Notes: generated from the sequence alone by a model not told the origin. Shown: positions 16,709 to 27,194, counted from the stretch's first letter. The stretch is 63,060 nucleotides of DNA from Planctomycetota bacterium (GCA_024278315.1 JAJRTL010000076.1:1-63060); one strand, 5' to 3'. Program-made: numbers and translations.

Positions 16709-19249
16709 ATGAGTGACGGGAAGACCCGATTGCGGCTCGAAGAGTTGTTCTTCGCCGCTGCCGAACTCGAGGGAGAAAAACGCGCTCGCTACGTACAAGA
16801 CCTGTCGGACTCCGACGCGGCTCTCCGGCCCGAACTCAAACGCCTCCTCCAACTCGACGACCAAGACAGCAGCCCCATCGACACACCGGTGCTGGACCAG
16901 CTCGAAGAACGGGAGCCCAGACCTGATCCAGCCGAGTGGATGCCGCAACGTATCGGCCCATACGAGGTGCAAGGTGTCCTCGGGGTCGGTGGCATGGGGA
17001 TCGTCTACGAAGCACGGCAAGACTCGCCCGGACGCCTGGTCGCACTCAAGTTGCTCCGACCCGAATATGGCGGAAGCATGGTGCAGAAGCGCTTCGTTCG
17101 CGAAGGGGAGATTCTCGCCAGATTGAAGCATGAGAGCATCGCTCACATCTACGAGGCAGGACTGGCCGAGGTTCTATGGCCCGGCGGAGCCACGAGCGAG
17201 CAGCCCTTCCTCGCGATGGAGCTGGTCCGCGGCCTGCCGGTGCACGAATACAGCGTGCAACAAGACCTGAACACCAGGCAGCGTGTCGCGCTGATCACCC
17301 GTATCGCCGACGCGATCGAGGCAGCACACCAGGCCGGGATCGTCCATCGCGATCTCAAGCCCGGCAACATCCTGGTGACCTCCGCAGGCGTGCCCAAAGT
17401 GCTCGACTTCGGCGTTGCCCGTCTCCTCGACGAGGAGCAGCCAAACCTGACGCTCCAGACACATACGGGTCAGGTCATCGGTACGATCGCCTACATGAGT
17501 CCTGAGCAGATCACGGGCGATGTCTCCCTCATCACGGCGCGCAGCGATGTCTACTCCCTGGGTGTGCTTGCCTACGAACTGCTGACCGGTGTCCTGCCCC
17601 ATCAGGTCGGGCGACTGTCGATCCCCGAGGCCGCCCGCATCATCCAGGACGAGGAGCCGACCCGGCTTGGCCATCTCAGCGCAGAGCTACGCGGCGACCT
17701 GGAGACCATCCTCGGCAAGGCGCTCGAAAAAGAACCCTCGCGGCGCTACGCGTCGGCCGGTCCGCTCGCCGAAGATCTACGCCGCCACCTTTCCAACGAG
17801 CCGATCCTCGCCCGCCCGGCCACGCGCCTCTACCGCATGCGCAAGTTCACACGCCGCCATCCAGGCCTCGTCTACGGCACGAGTGCAACGATGCTCATGC
17901 TCGTGCTCGGCGTCGTGTTCAGCACGATGTTCGCCCTGCGCGCGGCCGCGGGCCGAAAGGACGCGGAGACCGCCCTGGTCAAAGCCCGACAACAGACACG
18001 CAAGGCCGAGGAGATCCGCGCCTTCCTCGATCGCATGTTGACCGCGGTCGATCCCGATCTCAGCCAAGGCAAGGAGGTCACCGGCGTCGAAATCGTCGAC
18101 AGCGCAGCCAAACAACTCGATGCGAGGCCTCCCGAGGATCCCGAGGTCGAAGCCGCCATCCGCAGCACACTCGGAGACACCTACCGCGTGCTCAGCAAGT
18201 ACAGCAAGGCCAGGCCACAGGTAGAGCGCGCCCTCGCCCTCCATCTTCGCATCCACGGAGAGGACCACGAGGACACGATCAGTGCACGGCGGGCTCTCGG
18301 CCTTTTGATGCTCGATCTACAGGATCTGCCGCGCGCCGAAGCTGAACTCCAACGATGCAGATCCTACTACGAATCCCAAGGGGACGAGGGCCTGCGTGGC
18401 CTTTCGATCACGCTATTGCTGTTGGCGAGCGCCCTGATCGATCGCAGGCAGTTCCGGGAGTCCGAAGCCGTGGCCAGGCTGGCCCTCGAGAAGGCTGCGC
18501 CCCTCGTGGACAATCAACTACTCAGGGCGGACGGCCTCGAGTTCATCGCCATGAGCCGGGTCTGGCGAGGCGCCTACAAGGGGACGGAGGAGATGTACCA
18601 GCAAGCCCTGCGCCTGCGCCAGGAGCACGCCGGAGGCTTGACCACCAAACAGATCTCGCTCCGGAGCCTCATCGCCAACCTCTACGAACTCCAAGGCCAG
18701 CATGCCAAGGCCGAGAAGCTCTACGTGCAGATGCTCGCGGACGCCCGCAAACTCACAGGCAAGCACAGCAAGATCATCGCAGGCCTCCTGCTCAACCTTT
18801 CCACCCTGCGCTCCACCCTCCACAGATACCGGGAGGCGGCAGAGGCCGCCCGCGAGTGCATCCAGGTCGCCACCAAGGTCTACGGACCCGAAGTCAGGAT
18901 GCTGGCCGATGCCCACTGGACCCTGGCCAACGCCCTTTCCACCTTCAACAAGAACACCGAAGCTGTCCATCACTTCACCCTCGCCCTCGGCATCCTGGAC
19001 AATAGCTCCAACAAGGGTCGACTTCCCGCCAAGGGCTTCGTCCACCTCCGCCTCGCAGGCCTCTACCTGGGCCTCGGCGACACAGCCAAAGCCCTGCACC
19101 ATGCCCAGAGCGCCTTCGACATCCACAAACAGCTCTACCAACTCGACCACGACAGCACCCGCGCCTCCGCTTCCATGCTTGCCGACATCTACACCCAGAC
19201 CCAACAAGCCCAAGAAGCCACCAAGTGGCGCAAGCTCAGCCAGAAGTAG
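16709..19249 (+). CDS. Ser/Thr protein kinase with a transmembrane segment and C-terminal TPR repeats (second copy of this architecture)
   Basis: Kinase motifs GVGGMGIVY, VALK, HRDLKPGNIL, DFG and SPEQ, TM LVYGTSATMLMLVLGVVFSTMFAL, then TPR-like repeats. Start at MSDGKTRL (ATG 16709); GTG 16688 is an alternative. Confidence 0.85.
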   Translation: MSDGKTRLRLEELFFAAAELEGEKRARYVQDLSDSDAALRPELKRLLQLDDQDSSPIDTPVLDQLEEREPRPDPAEWMPQRIGPYEVQGVLGVGGMGIVYEARQDSPGRLVALKLLRPEYGGSMVQKRFVREGEILARLKHESIAHIYEAGLAEVLWPGGATSEQPFLAMELVRGLPVHEYSVQQDLNTRQRVALITRIADAIEAAHQAGIVHRDLKPGNILVTSAGVPKVLDFGVARLLDEEQPNLTLQTHTGQVIGTIAYMSPEQITGDVSLITARSDVYSLGVLAYELLTGVLPHQVGRLSIPEAARIIQDEEPTRLGHLSAELRGDLETILGKALEKEPSRRYASAGPLAEDLRRHLSNEPILARPATRLYRMRKFTRRHPGLVYGTSATMLMLVLGVVFSTMFALRAAAGRKDAETALVKARQQTRKAEEIRAFLDRMLTAVDPDLSQGKEVTGVEIVDSAAKQLDARPPEDPEVEAAIRSTLGDTYRVLSKYSKARPQVERALALHLRIHGEDHEDTISARRALGLLMLDLQDLPRAEAELQRCRSYYESQGDEGLRGLSITLLLLASALIDRRQFRESEAVARLALEKAAPLVDNQLLRADGLEFIAMSRVWRGAYKGTEEMYQQALRLRQEHAGGLTTKQISLRSLIANLYELQGQHAKAEKLYVQMLADARKLTGKHSKIIAGLLLNLSTLRSTLHRYREAAEAARECIQVATKVYGPEVRMLADAHWTLANALSTFNKNTEAVHHFTLALGILDNSSNKGRLPAKGFVHLRLAGLYLGLGDTAKALHHAQSAFDIHKQLYQLDHDSTRASASMLADIYTQTQQAQEATKWRKLSQK

Positions 19250-20082
19250 CCCCTGCCCTCCCACCGAGACAGGGGTGGCCCAGCAATTCCCCCCCGTCAA
19301 CGCGGTTTCCACGGGGGAAGCAGCTCGCCAGTCGGGGATATCGGGCGGGGCCTGCACGGGAAGGGTCACCAGGGGGACCGGGCCGGCTCCTGTACCGAGC
19401 TCGGCCGGGATGAGGACCGTGCCGAGGAGTTGCTGGAGTCGTTGGCGCAGGGCGGGAAGCAATGGCGTGGCTTGCGTGCGCAAGAGCGAGAGGGAGGCCA
19501 GGTGGGCCGTCAGCGTGTAGGGCGCGGCGGGGAGGTAGAGTCTTAGTTTTTCATCCCAGTCCAGATCGCGGTGAACATCCGAGTAGAAACCAGGCTGGCC
19601 TTCGAGGGTCACGCGGGGCACCTTCACGCCAGGTTTGGCGGGACCGAGCTGCACATCGACGACACGCGGATGGAGCTGGATGCGAAGCCTGTGAATCTGG
19701 TCGACCACGCGCACCGAGAGGAGCTTCGCCGCGATCATCCCGAGCCTGCCCAGATCCTGCGCCCCCACCGTCCCCACCCCTACCCCCAGGACGAGCCCCA
19801 ACCCCACGACTCCGCGGACCAGTCCCCACCCCCCTCCTATCTGTTTCATCTCATGCCTGGTGCAGGGGAGCCTAACGTAAGAACGCCATCGAGATGGCAT
19901 ATTCGGATCAGCCCACCATGTTTCGTCGCCTCCCTGACCTGCCGGATCACAGCGGGAGCTTCAGGGGCGGCTGTGCAATCCGCCTCGTCAGACCACGAAC
20001 ACGACCAAGAGGATCCCAGGGTCTCGAACGGCTTGGCGGCTTCCTGCCAGCGGGTTATGGTCGTGGGCCTTCTTGACCTCGG

Positions 20083-22320
20083 ATGCACCCTCGAATCCGT
20101 CAACCAGTGAACCACGCGCTCTATCTCGATCTCGAAGTGGCGCTCCCCGGTCCGGGTGATGGCACGCCGAGAGTGCCACCCATACCACCCTTGCGCGAGG
20201 TCGGGGCCGTGCTGGAAGGCCGAGAATTCCGACGCAAGGTCAGCAGCAACGCCAAGGCGGTCCTGCGCGAGTTAGAGCTCTTCGCGCAAGGAGCCGAGTG
20301 GGTCGTCGGTCACAACGTGCTGGGTCACGATGCACCGTTTCTGCGACAGATCGCACCAAACCTCGAGCTGCATCAGCTGCCCTGGGTTGACACCCTCTAT
20401 CTCTCTCCCCTGGCCTTTCCGGAAAATCCCTATCACAGGATCATCAAGGACTACAAGGTCAGAAAGGAGGAGAAGAACAACCCTGTAGCCGATGCAAAGC
20501 TTTCGCGGCGGATCCTCGAAGACGAGGAAGCTGCGTTCGCCAAGCGATTCGGAGCACGAGGGCAGAGCGAGATGCTCTCCCTGTTTCGGACCTGCTTTTC
20601 GAAAGAAGCGGCCTTCGTAGGTCTGACACATTGGTTGGGCGAGAAGGGAGCTCTGGCCTGGGGTGAGGCGCAACTCCGGGATTGGTGCCTGGATCGGTTC
20701 TGCGGCGGCGCAGGAGAGGCCAGCGTCTGCCGGGCAGGATTGCAGACGGTCCTGGACAGGGCGAGTAGCGGGGAGGGGCGAGCAGCGTTGGCGTACGCTT
20801 TCTCGTGGATCCAGATCGCAGGTGCCAATTCCGTGATCTCTCCGTGGGTGCGCCATCGCTTCCCGGAAGTACTTACGATCCTGCGTCGCCTACGGGATGA
20901 GGACTGCGGCTGCGAAGACTGTGCCTGGTGCCGAGTGGAGCACAACCCGGACGGACTGTTGGGACAATGGTTCGGCTTCGATTCCTATCGTCCCGAACCA
21001 CACAACGATGAAGGGAAGAGCCTCCAGCGGAGCATCGTCTGTCACAGCCTACGGGGAGGATCCCACTTGGCCATCTTGCCGACGGGCGGGGGCAAGTCCC
21101 TGTGCTTTCAACTTCCAGCCCTGGTGAGACATCGTCGCAGGGGCCAACTCACGGTGGTGATCTCACCGCTCCAGGCGCTCATGAAAGATCAAGTGGACAA
21201 CCTGAATGAGCGTGCGAAGCTCGGCAATGGCAGGTTGGCTGCAACCCTGAATGGTCTTCAGACTCCGCTCGAGCGAGGTGCGGCATTGCAGGACGTCGTG
21301 ATGGGCGATGCAGCCATGCTCTATCTCAGCCCCGAGCAGCTGCGCAATCGAAATGTGCAAAGGGTCTTGGCGCAGCGAGAGATCGGAGCCTGGGTCTTGG
21401 ACGAGGCACACTGCCTCTCGGGGTGGGGACATGACTTTCGACCCGACTATCTCTACGTAGCCAAGGTCATCCGCAAGCTATGCGGTCTGGCCAAGCCTGC
21501 GGCGGGGGTGGATCCCAAGGAAACGGATAGCCATCAGCTACCAGTTGTCACCTGCCTGACGGCGACGGCCAAACAGGAAGTCATCAAAGAGATCGTCCAG
21601 CACTTCCGAGAAGAGTTGGGTATCGAGCTCGCGGTCTTCGAAGGCGGCACGGATCGCGAGAACCTCGAGTTCACAGTGCGATCTGTCGGGAAGGGCGAGA
21701 AGTTCGCACTGGTCTGCCAATACCTGGAGGAGGCGATCTCACCCACTGCGGCCAGCTCCGGGTCGGCCATCATCTACCACTCGACACGGCAGTCGGCCGA
21801 TGATCTAGCCCTGCGCCTGGCAAGAGATCGCAACCTCCGCGTCCGCAGCTATCACGCTGGCCTGGATTCCGCAAAGCGAAAGGAGACCCAAATACTCTTC
21901 AGTACGAACCAACTCGATGTCGTCTGCGCGACGAACGCATTCGGGATGGGCGTAGACAAGGACAATGTGCGACTCGTGCTCCACTATGACATTCCGGGAT
22001 CCTTGGAGAACTACATCCAAGAAGCGGGCAGGGCTGGCCGCGACCAGCAAGGCGCTCTCTGTGTGTTGCTCTATAACGAGGAGGATCTGGATGCCCAGTT
22101 CCGTCTTGGTTCCTTCTCGAGACTCACGCGCAAAGACATCGCCGAGATCCTGCGTGCCATCCGCAAGCGAAGGTCCAGGCACGATCACCAAATCGTGATG
22201 ACTCCGGGTGAGATTCTGCGCGTGCCCGGAACACAAACGACATTCGGCACCGAGGACAGAGATGCCCCGACGCGAGTCAAGACGGCAGTGTCTTGGCTCG
22301 AGAGACAGGAGTTCCTGTAG
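20083..22320 (+). CDS. DEDDh 3-prime-5-prime exonuclease domain fused to a RecQ-family helicase core
   Basis: N-terminal exonuclease motifs: LDLE (Exo I), GHNVLGHDAPFL (Exo II), HRIIKD (H-x4-D, Exo III). Helicase motifs: PTGGGKS, DEAH (VLDEAHCLSGWGHDFRPDY), LTATA, QEAGRAGRD. Ends at TAG 22318-22320. Confidence 0.85.
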   Translation: MHPRIRQPVNHALYLDLEVALPGPGDGTPRVPPIPPLREVGAVLEGREFRRKVSSNAKAVLRELELFAQGAEWVVGHNVLGHDAPFLRQIAPNLELHQLPWVDTLYLSPLAFPENPYHRIIKDYKVRKEEKNNPVADAKLSRRILEDEEAAFAKRFGARGQSEMLSLFRTCFSKEAAFVGLTHWLGEKGALAWGEAQLRDWCLDRFCGGAGEASVCRAGLQTVLDRASSGEGRAALAYAFSWIQIAGANSVISPWVRHRFPEVLTILRRLRDEDCGCEDCAWCRVEHNPDGLLGQWFGFDSYRPEPHNDEGKSLQRSIVCHSLRGGSHLAILPTGGGKSLCFQLPALVRHRRRGQLTVVISPLQALMKDQVDNLNERAKLGNGRLAATLNGLQTPLERGAALQDVVMGDAAMLYLSPEQLRNRNVQRVLAQREIGAWVLDEAHCLSGWGHDFRPDYLYVAKVIRKLCGLAKPAAGVDPKETDSHQLPVVTCLTATAKQEVIKEIVQHFREELGIELAVFEGGTDRENLEFTVRSVGKGEKFALVCQYLEEAISPTAASSGSAIIYHSTRQSADDLALRLARDRNLRVRSYHAGLDSAKRKETQILFSTNQLDVVCATNAFGMGVDKDNVRLVLHYDIPGSLENYIQEAGRAGRDQQGALCVLLYNEEDLDAQFRLGSFSRLTRKDIAEILRAIRKRRSRHDHQIVMTPGEILRVPGTQTTFGTEDRDAPTRVKTAVSWLERQEFL

Positions 22321-22401
22321 AGAGATCTCAATATCGTTGGCGTCTTCAGTGGCAAGGCCCGGCTCAACTCCCTCGCAGACGCCGAGCGCCGCATCGCCGC
22401 G

Positions 22402-25401
22402 ATGGGGCTGCCATCCCTCAAGCGAGAGCTCTTCCATGCCCTCTTTGCGAGGATCTTCGCCTGCGACACGACAGACTCCATGAGCGTCGACGATCTTGCG
22501 GCACTACCGGAATACCGAATCTACCACGACGCCCGAGCCTCGAAGGCAGAGGCCCCGGAGAGCACAAGGCCCGTCGCTGAATCCTTGGAGATCCTCTCCC
22601 TACTGCGAGAGATGGTGGAAGTCGGCCTTCTAGATGAGTCCCAGAGCTACCGTGCCCTGGTACGATACAAGGTCACAAATCCATCCCAACGCATCCTGGA
22701 GGAAGCCATCGCGAGAGAGATATGGCTCTTGCAACTCCTCGCAGAGCTTCACCCGGATCTGCAGTGTGGTGAGAGGAGCGTGCTGTCGATCCGCAAGGTC
22801 AGCCAGGAGTTGCAGAACCGTGAGCAGTCGGTCGCGCCCGAGGAGATCTCCGCGATACTGATGAATCTCGCTCGTGAGGGGAGAGATCCGCATGGATCGG
22901 CGGGCTTGATCACAACCAAGGTTCTTTCACCGGATCGCCTCCTGCTGACACTCAAACGTGACTGGGCGGAGATTCGGGATCAGGTGACTGTCGCACGACG
23001 ATTGTCCACGGCCCTTCTCCGTGCCGTGATGACCCGCATCCCCGAAGGCACGCCACGTTCCAAGGAGTGCAGCGTCGACTTCACTGACAAGGACCTCCTT
23101 GAGGTACTGAGCGTACAACCCGGGCTCGAAGACTCCACAGAGTCACGCAGCAGGATGCTGGATACCTGCCTCCTCTATCTCCACGAACTGGGGGCCATGA
23201 GGCTCAAATCAGGCCTGGCCTTCTTCCGGCAGGCGATGACCATGACGCTTCGTCAGGATGCGAGACCTCAGTTCACGAAAGAGGATCATGCACCATTGGC
23301 GGATCACTACGGTCTCAAGCGCAGGCAGGTCCACATCATGGGTCGCTACGCAGAACTCATGGAGAACAACCCGGACGATGGTGCCTCCTTCGTCCGGGAG
23401 TACTTCCAATTGCCAGACCAGGAGTTCTTGACCCGTCACTTCCCCAGGGACAAGACCCTGCTCGAGAAGGGCGCTACTCGCGCCACGATTCGCAAGATCG
23501 TAGGCCCTCTGACGCAAGAGCAGAGGCGACTCGTCGAGGCACCCCTGGAGTCCTCCACATTGGCACTCGCAGGTCCCGGGTCGGGCAAGACGCGAGTCCT
23601 GGTGCATCGTGTGGCGTGGCTGCTGAGCGTGGAGCAGGTGCAAAGCCATGAGTTGCTGGTGCTTTGCTTCAACCGACGCAATGTCCTGGAGCTCCGGCGG
23701 CGACTCAAGCATCTGGTGGGACCCCGCGCACGGTTCGTTTCCATCTACACCTACCATGGGCTCGCCATGAGGCTCTTGGGCCGCAGCTTCCAGGATCTCG
23801 AGAGTGGTCAGGCGCCCAAGAATTTCGATGGACTACTGAAGGAGGCCTGCGCACGCCTCCACGCCCCTGACCTGGACGAGGAAGGGTCTCTGCGAGACCG
23901 CATCATCGCCGGTTTTCGCTACCTCCTCATCGATGAGTACCAGGATATCGACGGTGCACAGTACGACCTCGTGGCAGCTCTGGCAGGGCTCAGGGCGAAG
24001 GATGCCGATACCCGGCTGGCCGTGCTCGCTGTCGGCGATGACGACCAGGGCATCTATGACTGGCGAGGTGCCAATGTGGAGTATCTGCGGCGATTCGAGG
24101 AGGAGTACGACGCAAGACGACACTCCCTGCTGACGAATCATCGTTCCACACGCTCGATCGTCGATGGCTCGCAAGCCTTCATTGCTCAGAACGGCCATCG
24201 ACTGAAGCGTAGAGAGATTCTCAAGTCAGCTCAGAGCCGTTCGCCGACGCCAGGTCTCTATGACGCGCGTGACACATCGCCGGTCGCAGCAGAACGCCCG
24301 GTGCACATGCTCCAAGTAGAAGATGAGCAGGGCCAGGCCATCCAGACCCTGGCTGTCTTGGAGGACATGCGTCAGCACCTGACACTCGAAGGAGAGCCGC
24401 CTCCCTGGTCCTGTTTCGCCGTCTTGGCCCGAAGGTGGCAAGACCTCGAGCCGGTGCGATCACTTGCGGATGAGAAGAAGATACCGGTTGACTGGGCCAA
24501 GGACCGTGAGCTCGAGTATTCGCCAGGTCGTGTGCGAGAGGTGCTCCTCTTCATGGATCACCTCAAGTCGAGACGAAAGCAGGATGGGCACATCCCTCAT
24601 GCCGAGTTGGGGCAGATCCTCCGTGCGCTTGCTGGACCCAGGCACAAACGCCATTGGTGGCGCTACGTCCAGAATCTCCTCCAGGCATGGGCGGACGAGG
24701 CGGGTCGGGGCGAAGCAGATCTGGACGACCTCCAGAACTACCTGTGGGGACTCATCCACGAGGAACGTTACACTCCCCAAACCAGTGATGGTCTCTACCT
24801 CGGCACCGTGCACAGCGCCAAAGGTCTCGAGTTCCCCGGAGTCTGTGTTCTCGGCGGAGATTGGCAACCCAACCACAATGAGACCCTGGATCAGGTCCGC
24901 CGCCTCTACTACGTCGGGATGACACGCGCAGAATGTGAGCTGGCCCTCTTCGATCGCCGCGACCTTCCTCATGGCTTGATGAAGGACATCCACCTCCCCT
25001 GCCTGGAGCGCCGACGCATCCCAACCTCCCAGAGGCCCCTCCCCCGCATCCGTGAGCATCTGTCTCTAGGTCTCACGGACCTCTATCTCGACTTCGCTGG
25101 CCGCAAAACCCTATCCGACCCCATCCATCCAGCCCTGCTGGAGCTCCAGGAAGGAGACCCTCTCACGCTCCGACGCAAGGCTTCCTACCTCCTCCTCTTC
25201 GACAGCCAGGATCGCGCCGTCGCCTCCCTGAGCAAGAGAGCACGCGAACAGTGGCTCCCTCGATACACAGCGCCCATCCCCCTCACGGTGGAAGCTCTCA
25301 TCCTACGTAAGTCCACAGATGGCTCTTCAGCGTACCAACACCAGCTGAAAGTCCCCCAGTGGTGGGTGCCGATCTGCACGACGCGGAGTGTTGCACGGTA
25401 G
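22402..25401 (+). CDS. UvrD/Rep-family (SF1) helicase with a ~370-aa N-terminal extension
   Basis: Motifs AGPGSGKT, LLIDEYQD, TNHRSTRSIV, TVHSAKGLEFP, YVGMTRA. Same frame as the upstream RecQ ORF, with no stop between the TAG at 22320 and this ATG. Confidence 0.85.
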   Translation: MGLPSLKRELFHALFARIFACDTTDSMSVDDLAALPEYRIYHDARASKAEAPESTRPVAESLEILSLLREMVEVGLLDESQSYRALVRYKVTNPSQRILEEAIAREIWLLQLLAELHPDLQCGERSVLSIRKVSQELQNREQSVAPEEISAILMNLAREGRDPHGSAGLITTKVLSPDRLLLTLKRDWAEIRDQVTVARRLSTALLRAVMTRIPEGTPRSKECSVDFTDKDLLEVLSVQPGLEDSTESRSRMLDTCLLYLHELGAMRLKSGLAFFRQAMTMTLRQDARPQFTKEDHAPLADHYGLKRRQVHIMGRYAELMENNPDDGASFVREYFQLPDQEFLTRHFPRDKTLLEKGATRATIRKIVGPLTQEQRRLVEAPLESSTLALAGPGSGKTRVLVHRVAWLLSVEQVQSHELLVLCFNRRNVLELRRRLKHLVGPRARFVSIYTYHGLAMRLLGRSFQDLESGQAPKNFDGLLKEACARLHAPDLDEEGSLRDRIIAGFRYLLIDEYQDIDGAQYDLVAALAGLRAKDADTRLAVLAVGDDDQGIYDWRGANVEYLRRFEEEYDARRHSLLTNHRSTRSIVDGSQAFIAQNGHRLKRREILKSAQSRSPTPGLYDARDTSPVAAERPVHMLQVEDEQGQAIQTLAVLEDMRQHLTLEGEPPPWSCFAVLARRWQDLEPVRSLADEKKIPVDWAKDRELEYSPGRVREVLLFMDHLKSRRKQDGHIPHAELGQILRALAGPRHKRHWWRYVQNLLQAWADEAGRGEADLDDLQNYLWGLIHEERYTPQTSDGLYLGTVHSAKGLEFPGVCVLGGDWQPNHNETLDQVRRLYYVGMTRAECELALFDRRDLPHGLMKDIHLPCLERRRIPTSQRPLPRIREHLSLGLTDLYLDFAGRKTLSDPIHPALLELQEGDPLTLRRKASYLLLFDSQDRAVASLSKRAREQWLPRYTAPIPLTVEALILRKSTDGSSAYQHQLKVPQWWVPICTTRSVAR

Positions 25402-25457
25402 CCAGGTGAGCTTGCCATCAGCGGCGGGGGAGGGGGCGCCCACCACCACGCACTGGG

Positions 25458-27194
25458 CTACTTGCCGTTGCGTTCCGCGGTGCGGAGCACCAACTCCTGG
25501 ACCTCCCGAAGCGTTTCCTCACGAGTGAACCCGTCCTTCTTCTCGTCGCCGAAGTAGTCCAGACAACCCACGCGATGTCTCAGCTTGTAGAACTTGCGCA
25601 TGTCCTGGAAGCCAGCTTCGCCAGCCCCCTCGAAAGACTCCGTTGCATCGAAGGGGTAGGGACCATTGTAGGCACCGCCTCGGTTCACGCTGGCCAGGAG
25701 CCGCTCCCTCTCGTGGAAGGCCTGGGCCACATCCATCGTGTCATGTCGCCAATCGAGCTGGATTCCGTGCAGGTTCCACTTTTCACGCTCCTTGTCGACA
25801 GGAACCAGTGGGATCACGGTATGCACCCAACAGTTGAACCAGTGCATCGTCGACCCGCGGTCGGGATAGGCGTTCAACATCGCGATCGTACGGTCAATCG
25901 ACTCGGGCGTCTCGGTGGGGAAGCCAACTACCAGTGTGCTGAGGGTCGATATGCCCACGTCCGAAAGCAGGTTCATCGTACGCAGGACGCGCTCCGGCCT
26001 CTGGACCTTGCGCATGGTCTTGAGCACTCCCAGGTCTCCGGATTCGATTCCGAGCATCAGGAAGGTGCAACCCGCTTCCTTCATCAGCTGGGCATTCTGC
26101 TCGTCGACCGAATCCACCCTCACGAACGCCGACCAGGTGAAGGGGAACTTCTCCTCAACCATCATCTTGGTGTACTGGTAAACGCTGCGCCTGGTGAGGA
26201 AGAGATTGTCGTCCACGAACGAGACGTGCTTGATGATGTCCGATCGTGTCGACAGCTCGCGTAGCTCCTCACGGAACACATCGACCTTCTTCATCTCGAA
26301 CTCGGGGTGGATCACGACGAAGGAGCAGAACTTGCACCTCAACGGACATCCTCGACTGCCTCGTACACCGACCTCCCGTCCGAGGAACTCATCCGGAAGT
26401 TGGCTCCATACGACGCCCTCTTCGTTCACATCGACGAACTCGGGCACACGCGGATTGATGTGCCAATCCCGGTTCTCGTCGGCATAGGCAAGATTGGGCA
26501 GGTCCTTCCAGGGCCGGCCATCCCTGACCCTTCGGACGATCTCCGCAAGCGTCGCCTCGCCACGTGAATCGATGACCAGAGCATCGACCGCTGGATCAGC
26601 CTTCTCTCCACTGAACCAGTAGGTGGCCTGGATCAGGAGATGCGGATGCAAGCGGGGCGCATCGGTCATGATCTTGTGTGAGTAGAGCACAAGAGGGCCA
26701 CCAATCACGATGGGCACGTCGGGAACGATCTCGCGGATCCTCCTTGCGGTGGACTCGGCGGCCTCACGGCTCTCCAGGAACGTCGTCGAGATGGCAATGA
26801 CCCTGGGCCCCTCTTCGACATAGTCGAGAAAGGTCTGCCAGGAGGTGGCCAGGTTGTTGATGAGCCGCGCGGTCATCCCCTCCTTGATGAGATGACTCGT
26901 CACGTAGAGACCGTTGCCGAAGCGGGTCAGTGTGTCATTGCTGAGTTCACTGAAATACTTCTCGACCTCTGCCGGCGACAGCGAGAAATTCCGGTCGTTG
27001 CGAAACCAGTTCTCGGCCGCAACGTACGACATGGGCACATCCCCCTCTTTCCACCAGGGCGCGTCAGCGAACAGCAGCTGTCGGATCTGCTTGTCGGACA
27101 TCCCATAGGAGGATGAGAGGAAAGAGAACTTGTCTCGATCAAAGTTGCCAGCGGATTGCGAATCCGAAGAAATGAAGAGGACATCGAAGGACAT
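25458..27194 (-). CDS. B12-binding-domain radical SAM protein (class B type)
   Basis: 578-aa ORF with CPLRCKFCSF (CxxxCxxC) and an upstream Rossmann-like B12-binding segment (VIAISTTFL ... PIVIGGP). About 110 aa of unassigned N-terminal sequence. Confidence 0.85.
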   Translation of the reverse strand: MSFDVLFISSDSQSAGNFDRDKFSFLSSSYGMSDKQIRQLLFADAPWWKEGDVPMSYVAAENWFRNDRNFSLSPAEVEKYFSELSNDTLTRFGNGLYVTSHLIKEGMTARLINNLATSWQTFLDYVEEGPRVIAISTTFLESREAAESTARRIREIVPDVPIVIGGPLVLYSHKIMTDAPRLHPHLLIQATYWFSGEKADPAVDALVIDSRGEATLAEIVRRVRDGRPWKDLPNLAYADENRDWHINPRVPEFVDVNEEGVVWSQLPDEFLGREVGVRGSRGCPLRCKFCSFVVIHPEFEMKKVDVFREELRELSTRSDIIKHVSFVDDNLFLTRRSVYQYTKMMVEEKFPFTWSAFVRVDSVDEQNAQLMKEAGCTFLMLGIESGDLGVLKTMRKVQRPERVLRTMNLLSDVGISTLSTLVVGFPTETPESIDRTIAMLNAYPDRGSTMHWFNCWVHTVIPLVPVDKEREKWNLHGIQLDWRHDTMDVAQAFHERERLLASVNRGGAYNGPYPFDATESFEGAGEAGFQDMRKFYKLRHRVGCLDYFGDEKKDGFTREETLREVQELVLRTAERNGK

